A DNA stretch of 63,364 nucleotides, the filler included, from Reclinomonas americana ATCC 50394 (lineage: Eukaryota), in assembly GCA_048213135.1 (NCBI GenBank). It is 16 parts of 16 records of this genome, joined end to end, with 100 filler letters (N's around TTAATTAATTAA, not from the genome) between each part and the next. Parts side by side here need not be neighbours in the genome. Positions count along the whole stretch, not along the records: positions 24,397 to 28,458 come from AFZH01017696.1; positions 28,559 to 37,622 come from AFZH01017698.1; positions 37,723 to 41,975 come from AFZH01017699.1; 13 more parts are not named here. One strand, 5' to 3'. Of the stretch, positions 26,471 to 38,896 are shown in pieces; the first letter of the stretch is position 1, and each line of letters begins with the position of its first letter. Position numbers and translations under genes: made by a program. The notes under the pieces were generated by a model. The model had not been told where the DNA came from, did no database searches, and was given only the letters and a program-made list of their open reading frames with translations.

Positions 26471-28401
26471 TCACCAGACGCGGCACTTGTGCTGCGGGTT
26501 CATGTTGGACCCGACGGGGCACTGGAAAGCCTCGGCGAAGGGTGTCGAGTTGGACAGCGGACCGTTCACACGATACTTGGCCGGCGAATGCGGATCCGTC
26601 AGCACCTGCAGGCGAGCGTACGCCGGCTGCGAGTGCACAGTGTAGCCATGTTAGCAACTGAGACGCAGCATGTTTTCTTTGAGGTGGCAAACGCACCGTG
26701 GCCTTGGTGCACCACACTTGAGCGTAGGAGACAAAGTACAGCTGGTCATTGGTAAGACCGGAGACGATGCTGGGTTCTGTGCGGGGAACAGTGAATTTAA
26801 GTACTGGGAACACAAAGAGCAGCACCAATGTACCAACCAGCGTTTTGGCCCGGCTGCAGCGTCTTGCGGTAGGCGGCAAAGCCGACGCCCACACCACCCA
26901 TGTCGGCAATATTTTCACTGACAAAAGACGCCGAGACATCAGTCACTGATTGCAAGTGGCATCCTCGGCAACAGCAGCAGAACGCAACCCCAGAGTCAGG
27001 TTTCCGTTGACGGCCAGCATGCTGCCACCAATGTCCACCTCGTACGACGAGTACAGGTTGCTCACACAGTTGGCGCGCTCGACAAATTTCTCCACCGCCA
27101 TCTCGTTCCACCATGGCGACAAGTGACCACTGCATATCGATGATGAGCTCAACAACAACAAGAAGGACCTGACGATCGGCAGTTGCGCAACGTGGCATTG
27201 TACTGGCGTCCCTGGTCGTCAAGGCCGTGACTGATCTCGTGACCCATCACAGCTCCCTGCAAACACACAAATGAGTGCAAGCACACACAAACACATGCCA
27301 CAGAAACCGCCGTTGCGTCACGAAACAATCTGCAACACACAAAGTGAGACGACCGGAGCTGACGTGCGAGAGGACTCGCGACCACACACAGCTCACGCAA
27401 CAGCTCCGTAGTTGATGGCGGCAGGGAATGTCTGATTGAAGAAAGGCTGCTGCAAGATGCCGGCAGGGAAGGCGATCTCATTGGCCTCGGGCTGCGGAAA
27501 GGAGTGTGAGACGTGACGTTACCATTATGTGGGACCAACAGACATACCATGTAGTACGCATTCACGGTCGGAGCGGTCATGTACCACTTGGTGGGATCCA
27601 CAGCCTTGCCAACCTGTCCCATCAATGAGAAACAAAGCAGTCACGTTAATGCACCGACGACAGCGCCCCACCGATTGAATCTCCTTTTGCGTCTCGTAGT
27701 CACGTGCGGCTTGCACACTGGCAAACAGCGAGTCGGGCCGGAGCTGCGGAATGAGCTCCGCGTACGATTCCCACTTGTCGGGGTCTGCAGGTGAACATGC
27801 GTAAGTGCACAGTGCACACGCACAAGCGGCAGCAACAGCAACGCGCAACATCCAATCTTGTTGCGAATGGCACGCAGTTTTCCGACGGCGCGAGTGCGCG
27901 TGTCGGCATCCATCCAGTCGAGACCCGGCAGCGAGTCCTCAAACGCCTTCTCGACGTCGGCAATCATGCGCTTGGCAATCGTCTTGCTCGCACCAGCAAA
28001 CATGCGCTGCACGTAGTAGCGACCAACGATGCTGCAAGTGCGACGGGTGAGCACTCTGAACCGATGCACTTGCACGGATTGCATGACGGTGTGTGCGCAA
28101 CTCTCCGAGGTACCCGTCGACCATGCCGACACACGTCTTCCATCTGCGACAAGACGCCACGATGAGCGCAGCACATCAAGGGGAGATGCCCCCCACCACG
28201 TAGTTACCGAGGACGCGGTGCCTGCTGGCCACTGATGATTGACTTCCAGCTAAAGTCCTCATCCTGGAAGGCCTGCGACAGCTGGTTCGAGTACGCGTTG
28301 ATCACACGCATGCGCAGGTACGCGCGAATGACCGTGCGAGGCGTGTGGGCGATCAGCAGGCCGAGATTCTCAAAGTAGGTCGGCGACTGCACCACCAGCA
28401 A
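26471..28401 (-). CDS. M13 family zinc metallopeptidase (neprilysin/ECE-like); 5' part in gap
   Basis: LDWMDADTR, KIG|YPD, VNAYY, EIAFPAGILQQPFF, NYGA|I|GAVMGHEISHGLDDQG, LTLG|ENIADMGG, QLYFVSYAQVWC, TDPHSPAKYRVNGPLSN and CPVGSNMNPQHKCRVW*. Confidence 0.96.
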
Positions 28402-28558
28402 CTGCACCGAGACACACAGTCATCAGGTCAGACGTGCAAAAAACGCGAAAGAGAGAAANNNNNNNNNNNNNNNNNNNNNNNNNNNNNNNNNNNNNNNNNN
28501 NNTTAATTAATTAANNNNNNNNNNNNNNNNNNNNNNNNNNNNNNNNNNNNNNNNNNNN

Positions 28559-31500
28559 TTGTGGAGGAGGCTCTGCTCGACTGACGCAGGCGAAGAGGAC
28601 TAAACAACGAAATTCGAACTGTAACGGTCAAATGGATCGCTGCCAGCTCGATGCTGTTTTTACTTGCCAGCGGATCGCGTGGAGGCTTGTGACGGTGTCG
28701 CAGGCGAGGTCGCAGTTGAAGAGGCCGACGAGGAGGAGGAGGAACTGGGGCTGGACGAGGCCGGCGGACGCAGGGTTGGAACGGCGCCGGGCGACTGCGG
28801 CGGGCACGAAGGGGCTATGCGGTGACGCGCCGCGGATGCAACTGCGGGCGATTCTCGCACTTGCGAAACCGGGACCGCAGAAGCAGTAACTGTTGCCGCC
28901 GTCGTCGCCGTTGGTGGAGGGGTGACCAATGTCTCGCCCCGATCACCCGAATACCGGAGTACGGACGCGGGCAGCTGGCTGGCGGGCGTGCGACCGTAGG
29001 CATGTGGCGCGTCGCGGTATTCTGCTGCCGGCTGCGTCGCCAAAGTTGCTGTTGAGCTCAGTGACTTGGCGGCGAACAGCGATGGTGGCACCGGCGCGCG
29101 GTAGGTATCCGTCGGATCCAACAGCGGCTGCACGTCCACGTACTTGTGAATCTGCTGCTCGACCGGCTGCGGCGGCGGTGAACTCCTCATCGACGTCGCA
29201 GTGGATCCGGTCGATGCCGATGCGGATGGCACTGGCGTTGGCGTGGGCACCGAGGCGACTCCGCCACTCACGGCGGCGCGAGCCAGAGTGTACTGCCGAG
29301 AGAGACTCTGCGGCTCGGCGAGCAGCGGAGTCGGCTGATCTTCAGTTGAGGGTGGCTTGGTGACTGGTGGAGCTGCCTGCACCGGCTCCGGCATTCTCCG
29401 TCGGAGATCTGCTGAATGAGGACTTGACTGCGGTGCAGAGCGCAAGTGTGCTTCTCCCCGTCCACCATTGCCATCGCCGTCATCGTCACCGACGCCATCA
29501 TCGCCGCCGTCGTCGTCATCGTCATCGTCGAGAAGTACTTCGTCGTCGTCATCCCCGTCCTCCTCTTCCTCCTCGTAGTCTTCTTCGCTGTCGTGTTGTG
29601 CCGCGGGATACCGATTCCAAGCATGGTCGTCTCCGTTGCCGTCACTATGGCTGCCGCTGTCGCTGTCGCCGTGTGCCACACTCGTAAAGGCCGACGCACG
29701 ATGAATATTTGCATCCACGGGCCGCTGCGCCAAGAGGCCCGCACCGTTCCGAGAGCCAGGGGCTGCGGTTGGAACGTGCACGCGCGGTGGAGAAACGACC
29801 CAACCGGAGTCGCCGTCAACGGGTTCCATGGCCGCCGGGAACGCAATCATGTCGGACGTGACGCGCACACCATGCGGAAGGCCCATGCCGATGCGATCTT
29901 CAATCGTCACCGGGCCGAGCACATCCAATGCACCCTCCACGTACAGGTACTCGGCATCGTCGACATCCTCCTGCAAGCCGGCGCGTACATGAATATGGCG
30001 CCAGGGGAGGCGACGGGAAGGGTGACGAGACGCAACATCACTGTCTTCCAACTCGCTCTCCGGAATCGTGCCCTTCTGGTACTGCCTTCGCGGCTGTGGC
30101 CTAGCAGCGCGTCCCTGTTGTGCGAGTGCGATGCGTCAGTAAAGTTCCGCTTCACAGACGGCCGAGAAAAAATACGCACTCCCTGTGATGAGTTTCGCGA
30201 GCCCACAGTCTCGACAAAGTATCCCGCGCGAGTCGGCGAAGGCGCATTGGCTCCTGCGGTGTAGACCGTGAGCAGAGGGCCACAGGGTGAGGAGGGGAGC
30301 TATCATGAGTACGAAACTGCGTCCGACCGACGACTGCAAGCGATTCGCGGCAGCGGCGGACGGTCGCTGCAGACAAGACCGGGAATGAGTCAGCAGACGC
30401 AGAACGGATAGTGTGCGTGTGTCGGTGTGTCGGTGTTTTCGTGCACGCACCAAGTGCGCATCAGCAAGCTCCGAGTCAATCGACTCGCTCTTCACCACGC
30501 TGTCCGAGTCCTCGGCGTCGGCGCTGTAAGACGGCGAGTACAAACCACCACTCTGGTCGACACCTCTGCCACCATCGCCAATGTCGGCGACACCATCATG
30601 CACATCCACGTACGGCGGAGCACGCACGCGCACTGGCGATACTATCGAGGCAAAATCTGTAAGCGCAGTGCGGTACTCGCGCTGATGTACACGCATAAAA
30701 AACCGCACCGGCTGACGTGTGTCGCATGAGGTTCCGCTCCGACAAGACATCTGCCGACCATGAGTCCTCTTGCTCGGCATCCTCCAGTTGCATGTCGTCG
30801 GCGCCAGCGCGCTCGTCACTGCAGAAGAGAGAGGGGATGTGAAACGTGTGTCGCTGCGAGTAAAACGATTAGGAGACGCCGACGCAACAGGTCATAGTCG
30901 GGGGGCGGCGAGTCGGAATCAGCTGCGTATCGCGAGGCCGCCGCAGCTGCTGCCGCGTGCTGCTCGTCCACACAAGAAAACACAGTTCGTACGTTGGAAA
31001 AATCAAACTCGATTTCGCAAACAGAGACATGCGTATGATACACACCTGCTGTAGCTGCTGCTGATTGTGCCACACACTTGCCTCCTGCAGCAAGTAGTGG
31101 ATCCTCACCCGCTCAGCACACCCAACACACACGACGCCACAGATCAGCTACGACAAACTGACAAACCTGTCCTTCTTGTTCCGCTTCATCACTCCCTCCC
31201 TCGCCGTCACGCACCAGATACTCCACTTCGTCACCGTCGGAGGAGGGCGGTGAGACAGCTGCCGGCTTACGTGGTGGTGCCTCATGTTCCTTGTACCGAT
31301 GAGCTGCTTCTGACTGTCCATGGCCACCATCGGCGCCAGCTGCTCCCGGCTCATTCCACGCCTGACGAACGGGGTACATGGGCCTGTGCACGCAAACAAC
31401 AACGCGACGAATCAGTACGGTTGGAAGTATCACGTCGAGAGCAGTGCCACGCAACCCAAAGTGCGTTGCCGGCGGCGGTTGATGTGGTTGTGGCTGCGAC

Positions 31501-32209
31501 GAGTGCAGTTGACGCAGGTAGCTCTCGAACTGAGAGGCATTGAGCTCGAAACTGTCGAACACGCGGAGGAGTGAGGTCGGATCTACGGGGAATACTCATT
31601 CGTGTTGCTGATTTGCTCACCCATCGGGACTCATGTCGTCCAGGCCACCACCGACATCAAAGTCACCCGGCCCTCTGCGGATCAATCGCAAGTGAGCAAG
31701 GACCACAGTCAGCCACCACGTTTGTGTCGCCGCACTCACCGCTCACTCCAATCACCCTCGTCGTTCCAATCTTCGGGAGCGGCGGCAGTGGCATTCGGTG
31801 GCCAATAGCCCTGCGGAGGTGCGTGACCCCAGTCTGCCGCCGAGTACAACATGCCATCGCCCATCTCCAGATATGGCACACGGTCATCCATGCCATCACC
31901 ATACGCGTCTCCGAACAGTTCACCAGCCGCACCACCTTCATCGTCCTCCACCTCTTCCTCGTCGTCGTATTGCACGTCATCTTCGCTCTCCCGACCGTAC
32001 ACACGTCCACCGTCGCCGCCGCCATCGCCGCCACCGCGGTCGCCACTCCACGGCAACACCGGCTGCCCACCGCCGTACGAGCCATACGGCATGGGCACAT
32101 TGGGGAACCAGTTGCCGTACCCAGGCGCCGGAGCCGCAACCGACGACTGAGAGTAGTAAGGCGGGTTGCTGGACACGAATTCCGCGTCGCCACCCTCAGC
32201 AGTGGCCAT
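28559..32209 (-). CDS. Large low-complexity (acidic, Pro/Ser/Ala-rich) multi-exon hypothetical protein; 3' end probably in gap
   Basis: Probable ATG at 32209 (MATAEGGDAEF…). Long ORFs 31736-32209 and 28660-30051, plus frame-consistent small exons (e.g. PDYDL|DERAGADDMQLED). No family recognised. Confidence 0.55.
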
Positions 32210-32290
32210 GCGCTGCTGCCGGTGCTGCACACAGCACAGAGCGAACTCGCGTGAGACGAGGCTACCGATGGAAAACACACTTAACGGCGC

Positions 32291-35200
32291 TTACGAAACA
32301 GCAAACGTGGGTCGCACATTCGAGCGACTCGCTGGCGGCTGCACAGCGACAGGTCAGCAACCACAAACACTGGGGCACGGGTCACCTCCTACACTGCATA
32401 CCTGATACAGTCGACGCTCTCTGTTCACCATCGACACGAATGCATCTCGAGAGGGCGCTTGCGGTCGACTGCGTAGCGAATCAATGTGATTAAGAGGCGT
32501 ACAGTGTCAAAATGGTATGTGCAGAGGAAGCACCACACACACACACACACACACACCTGCTGCCACGCTGACCAGGCGCTGCCGCGTACGTGGATCGGGC
32601 CACTGGCTGCGGCCTGTCGTCGTCGAAAGTGGGCATTGGTGTCGACCGATATCTGCCATCACCGGCGAGACCACCACTGCCAGGCATCACAGAGCCACCA
32701 CCATTACCGCCCACCGCACCGCCACCCATCGCGGACGACACGCCAGAGTGCATCAACGGCGCCCCACCTGGATGGAAGTACGGCTCTGCCCCCGGTCGCT
32801 GTGAACGGAGTTCTTTAGATATACAATGAGGTGAACGAGAGCGTCATGTGCACTGCAAAGCACCAGCATCGGGGTTCCAGCGTGGTTGCGTCCCATAACA
32901 GCGGCATTCGCCGCGAGTTCTTCTGGTCGAGGAGCACTGACACGAAGTTCGTCAAAGCCTTGTGAAGGTGCTTCGGGACCAAAGGTGCGATCTGCGTCGT
33001 CGAGGCCTCGCAGTTCAGTAACTTTGGCATTTTTTGCACACGCAAACCTGGTGGTATCATTTTCAGCGGACGCAACTCAGTCGCCATGATGGACGCAGGC
33101 GCGACTTCTTGCGGCGGACTTTCTTGAGCGGCTGCATGGTTGCTGCAGTCGCGCCACCGATCGACCCATCGCGTGATGGTCGCTGCGCGGTAGTCAGCAT
33201 TCGCCAGCACCATCGACAAACTAGTGGGGGAAAAGAAAAAATGACGCACTCTCGCGAAGCGGTAGCCAATGCGGCCGGAGCCAGCCGACTGAGACCGATA
33301 CGGTCGCACGTCACCAATGTCTTGTCGATCAGACTCAAGGCCAAACACTCCTTCGCCACGGGTGGATGGTGAAGCGCCGCGAGGGAACAAGCGAGTTTGA
33401 TACCGCCTGCCACATTGCTTCGTGAGTGTGCAACTCCACGTGACAGTCGTGTACCACTCGCACATACCGATCGATGTAGCGGGCAAGTTCCCGAGCAATC
33501 AGCTGCTCCAGCAGATCCACGCTCTCATCTTCAGCGTCGTCTCCATCCACATCTACAATTCCCAACTCCTCGTACGGGTCTCCGTCGGTATCGAGCGAAA
33601 GTCCACCCTGTGTACGTACGCGCAACGTGCAGTGAGCCCGATCGCACAGGACCACCATCCCCCTCTCTCATTTCATCTCTCACATACAAACACACCTCTG
33701 CGCCCCACCGCGACTGAGTTGCCACTTCGTTGTCCTCGACTGGATCCCTCGCTGTGCATGACACATTTCAGGGGCGACAAACAGATGGCCAGTCGCAGAA
33801 ATATCCACTGCTACAAACCAGGAGTTCCAACTCCGGCGCCGCCGGTTGCCGAAGACCACGTTGTATAACGTGGAAGTGACTCGCTGTTGCTTGCCCGCAC
33901 CTGATGCGGAAGTAGTGCATGTGAGCATCGGTGTCGTCACCCGCCACGCCTCACTATTCAGTCAAGTTGCAAACCTCTTTCCACCAGCGTGCGAAAGGCG
34001 TGGATGGAGAATCCGACGCGCGATTGCTTCCATCCTACAAGCAGACAGAAAACTGAGTCGGCGACACTCACTTCACGAACTCGGCTTGTGCACGCACCTC
34101 ACGCGATTTCCTCCATGGTCGGGGCGGCGGCAATACACTGTACACAGGCCGCTCCTTGCCACGGGCAAAGTCCTCCAGCGTCTCGCAGTCGTGCACTGCC
34201 TTGGCCGAGTCGTCTCGCAAATGCACTGGCATGATTCCTGTTCACACAACGTCACAAACACAATCAAACACGCACGCGCCCACACACACGTTACCCGCAG
34301 AAGCAGCCAATCCGTCGTCGCTTGTCTCCAGTGTGTTACCATACACCTGAGTCAGTAAGGAGCGGAGAGCTGTTGTTCGATGCGCACTCGGCAAGAAACA
34401 GGAGACGGAGCTGTGCACGCAAAGTCAGAGAACGCACGCACTGCGAGTCAAATAACGACGACGGAGAAAACGTCACCTGGTGGAAATGGACCCAGCACCC
34501 TGAAGCGGCATCGGCACCCATGGCGGCACCGACTCGTGGTGCGCAACAAGTGCCCCCCACGCAGCGACCACCGCACTGGCAAGTTCACCACCTTCCGGAG
34601 GCCTGCTTCCTTCAACCGCCTCGTCGCTCGGATCGAGTTTTCGAAGCAGGGCGGAATGCAGTGCACTACACGACCAACAACAATTCAGCGTCTCTTCATC
34701 TTCTTCTCTCTCCCTCAGCGGGGCGGCAGCACAGCGAGGCAGGAAACGAACCTGGCGCGCACAGTTACCGATTCTGGCCAGTCGTCCTTCAGCGAGGCCA
34801 CCTTCGCACACACAGCCTGCACCAATGCCTTCTGCGACTCACGGTAGCACCTGAGAACCAACCACTCGACAGGGCCTCACACAGCACACGACGACACACC
34901 TCACAGCGCGCTCCATCGGACGTCATCAGAGCCGACAGCATGTCCAACGCGCCCGCACGCATGTGCCAGCTGCGGCTGTCAAGCAGAGCCAATACGTCGT
35001 TTTGAATGCTGCTCCGCAGTGACTCAGTGAGCTCTGCGGTCTCACGTTAGCAGCAGAGACGAGAAAATGTAGCGGTTGCGTGGACGGTTGCGTGGAGAAC
35101 ACGCACCGGCACCAGCACCACCAGAGGCCAGTTTGCAAAATGTGCCCAGCAAGCACAAGGCGGCCAGCTGCAAATTGTGCCAACATCTGTAAAGGAGCGC

Positions 35201-37454
35201 ATAACAGGGCTCCCACAGTTTTGTCACCACAGCAGACAGCAGTTGCCTCAGCGTCTCGTCGGTAGCCTCGTCGGCCGTCATCTGAAGCCCACACCACATC
35301 AGACCATACCAACACTTCGACATGGTCGACCATGGATGGCCACCCACCTTGTTGAGCAACACTTGCATGAACTGGACCACCGAAAAGGCGAGCTCGTCGT
35401 CGCGACTGCGGAGGCAGGTGACGAGGATGCCAGACACGGAGGCCATGCGCTCGTCAAGAGCCACTGCCACGCTGCGTGTTCATGTTCGATGAGTCTCTCC
35501 TTCTCTACCTACGCAGCAACGACGCGAGTCAAACCTCTTGCCGTGCTTCTCGGCCGTCTCGCACGCCTTGGCACACAGCAATGACACAATGTGAAATGCG
35601 TGGTGCCGAACTTGCGCCGCGGGGTGGGACAGAAGCTGCTGACAGGCCTCCACCAGCACATCGAACAGGCTCGACTGCTGCACAAACTGCATCTGATCGT
35701 CGTCCATGACGCAGACACAGTCCTGCAGCATCGCAGATTCTTCAGTACGTCACTACCGCATCACCGAAAATCGCGCGAAAACGGAACCTTGAATAGTGCG
35801 AGACGCTCAACGTGACTTTCGTGCTTGATTTCGAGGGCCGCCCAGTCGACCACACCGAGCGGACGGCCAGCACCTCCTGCAGTGACCATTCAGCAATCAC
35901 ACATGCATGCCAACAAGTACTGACAACCACCACCACTACACCTTCATCGGGGACGGGATTGTCGAGCAGACACACTTTGACCATCACGAAAAACATATAC
36001 ACGCGACGCGACCCATCACTGTCGGTCGGTGGCATCTGCAGGGTCGACACGGTCTACTCAATCGGGTGAGTCACACAGAATGAAGTGACAGTCAATCCCA
36101 GACGACGCACCGGTCGAAATGCCCACGGAGCCGTCCAACACTCCTGCAGTACCGACTCGTCGACCTTGGTGGTGGCGCGCATCAACGTGTTGATGGTGGA
36201 CTGCAGGCATTCGCGGTACGATTTGCTCTTGACCGTGTAGCTGCGCGGTGATGAGTGAGCGCGTCGCGGTGGACAATAAAAAAGGACGACGAGAGAGTAG
36301 TACCGGTCGAGCAGCACTTGAATCACAGTGGCCACATGCTCCGGATGCAAGTACTCGGCAGTCAGACGCAACAGCGAGCGCAACACAAAGAATGTTTCAT
36401 CCATCACGCTGTACGGTATCCACTGTGTTGCCATTCACAGTCAACATCCCATCTCCCATGTCGGTCGTTGCAGGGACGGAGGAATGCACCTGACAGAACA
36501 CCAGCAGAAAGTCGACTAGTCGACTCGCACACTCGGCATTCGGCATGCAGCAGCGCAGGACGACCTCCAACGCTCGGAGTACCACCTGAGGAGGCGACGA
36601 GTGCCTGCAAAACTCGTATGCGCTGTCGACGAACGGCAGAAGCATCTTGTCGACAGCGGGCACCAACGGCGCTGTGTCGCAATGCCATGTGAGTAGAAAA
36701 GGCACTCAGTCGCGCCACCAGCACTGCGAGTACCTGGAATGGCGAGGCAGACACTCTCCACCGTCGCCCACACGAAGGCAAACTCAGAAACGTCATTGCT
36801 CCCAGCCGCTTGTGCAGGCGGCGACACAGCCTGCAAACACTCGCTGAGTTTACCAAGTGTGCACGTCGCCGACAAGTAGAATTACCATGGACTCGAGAAG
36901 AGACATGAGCGGTGGCAAACACCGACATAATTCCACAGCACTTTTCGCCATGGCGACAGTGCACTGTATCTGCCTGTCCGAGGCTGCGTCGCCGGAAAAA
37001 CGTGACGTCTGCAGATGCCACGCCACCTGCGCACACACCAACTGCAGCAGCTCCACGACCGCTCGTGGCACCAAATCGGTGACAGACAGGCTCATGATTC
37101 GATCTGTGAACAAGAGAATGTGGGAATCATTGACTTGTCGGGACGCACATGCGGGCACGAAACTGACACCACCGCTGCTTCGCAAATCATCCGCAGCGGC
37201 CTTGCTGTCACCGCCGTCCGCTCCCGCAATGTGATGTGCGCTAATGCGCTTCAACCAAATCTCGACCCAATCGGCGAACTCGCGCACTGACACAGCACAC
37301 AGTGACTCTGCACAGGCAAGAGTGAGAGGTGCACGGTCTCTGAATCACTTCAAATGTCGCCGCAACGAGATAGGTGCTGGCAAAGTGCGGCCCACAATTT
37401 GTGTGCGGCGTTGCGGGTCACCGATGAACTGCTTTCCGGCAGCATGCTCAACAC
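32291..37454 (-). CDS. Large HEAT/ARM-like repeat protein with low-complexity C-terminus; 5' part in gap
   Basis: Many short exons encode amphipathic helical units (LVEACQQLLSHPAAQVRHHAFHIVSLL; VLALLDSRSWHMRAGALDMLSAL; LVTCLRSRDDELAFSVVQFMQVLL). The exon chain near 33000 is not fully resolved; inferred stop at 32291. Confidence 0.55.
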
Positions 37455-37509
37455 CTGCACCGAAAACAAGAATGAGCACACAGCGACGACGAATGTACAC
37501 CGATCGACA

Positions 37510-37597
<88 letters not shown>

Positions 37598-37722
37598 CTA
37601 CGTCGTCGTACGTACGTAGGTANNNNNNNNNNNNNNNNNNNNNNNNNNNNNNNNNNNNNNNNNNNNTTAATTAATTAANNNNNNNNNNNNNNNNNNNNNN
37701 NNNNNNNNNNNNNNNNNNNNNN

Positions 37723-38768
37723 CCACTCAATATTTGGTGCAGTCCAATCCGGAACCATTCACCTTCCGCCGATCGCTGTCGCCCGACATGACACGCACTG
37801 GCGGACGCGACCGACGCGTCATCACCAAGGAGAGCGAGCCACAGATGATGGAGCCTCGCATTCGCTACCACCCGGAGGACGCAGGTGCGAAGATGTGGAT
37901 TGTTTTTTTGTCGTCCATTCTGCTGGCTGACTGTCTCCTTTGTTTCAAAGACGTGCATGTACATGAGCGTCCACCACAAACCGACTTCAGCCGGCAGCTG
38001 AGACGAACGGAGACGGGCAAGGAGTTGCAGCACATCAATCTTGGCTTGGTGAGTGGTGGCAGTTGTCTGCGGTCGGCGTGTACGTGATTCTCACTGGCGC
38101 GCGCGCAGGAGTACGACCCGACATGGGATCTCGTGCAGCCGCGTGTCTTGGGACCCAACATGCAGACAATGCGGCCACACAACGCCGATCGTCCACGCGA
38201 ACCACCAGGCCTGCACTTGGACTACGATCCAGACGTGTCGCCGGTGCGGCCGCGCATGCCGGTGCCTGACTTGCATGCCGGCACGATGCGAGATGTGCCA
38301 AGCCAGCTGGAGCGTCGTCTACACAAGCCTCTCCTCGACAAGGTAAGCCGCGTTGTGTCGACCAAGGCTGCCAAACAAGTCACTGAATCCTTCCTTCTCC
38401 TCCTCTTCAGTTCTACGACCGAAAGTACGACTTGACCGACGCACACCAGCGAACGGCCGTGCTATCCCTCACCGCCGAGCGCTCACTTACGCAGCCACAC
38501 TACGTCACGGTGAGCAGCTTGATGCACACACCAGTGACAGAATTCCGTTTGCGCAGTACGACTCACTCCGTATGTGTGTGTGTGTGCTCACCTATAGGAC
38601 GTGATGTACTCGCCGTCGTTCAAGTTGGTGGAGCCGCAACCGCCTGGCTCACCCACCTTTGGCAAGCATCTCTTGCGCGACAGCAAGCGTGGAGTGCACG
38701 ATGTTCGGCCAAACATGTCGCGGGAGCACGAGCCAGCAATCGCCGAGCGTGTGCTCAACGTCCGATAA
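37723..38768 (+). CDS. SHIPPO/ODF3-like repeat protein (putative axonemal), 3' part
   Basis: Recurring Y-D/S-P-x4-V-x-P units: EYDPTWDLVQPR, DYDPDVSPVRPR, FYDRKYDLTD and MYSPSFKLVEPQ…TFGK. Five exons; stop at 38766-38768. Confidence 0.5.
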
Positions 38769-38896
38769 TGGTTCCTCCCCCCAGCGTCGGTGTTATTGTT
38801 CGCAGAGAGAGAGAAAACTGAGAGTAAAAGTATGTGGTTGTTTTCACGCACCATCTATTTAAAGAGTTAAACAAGAACATTTTTTCCATTTTTGCA

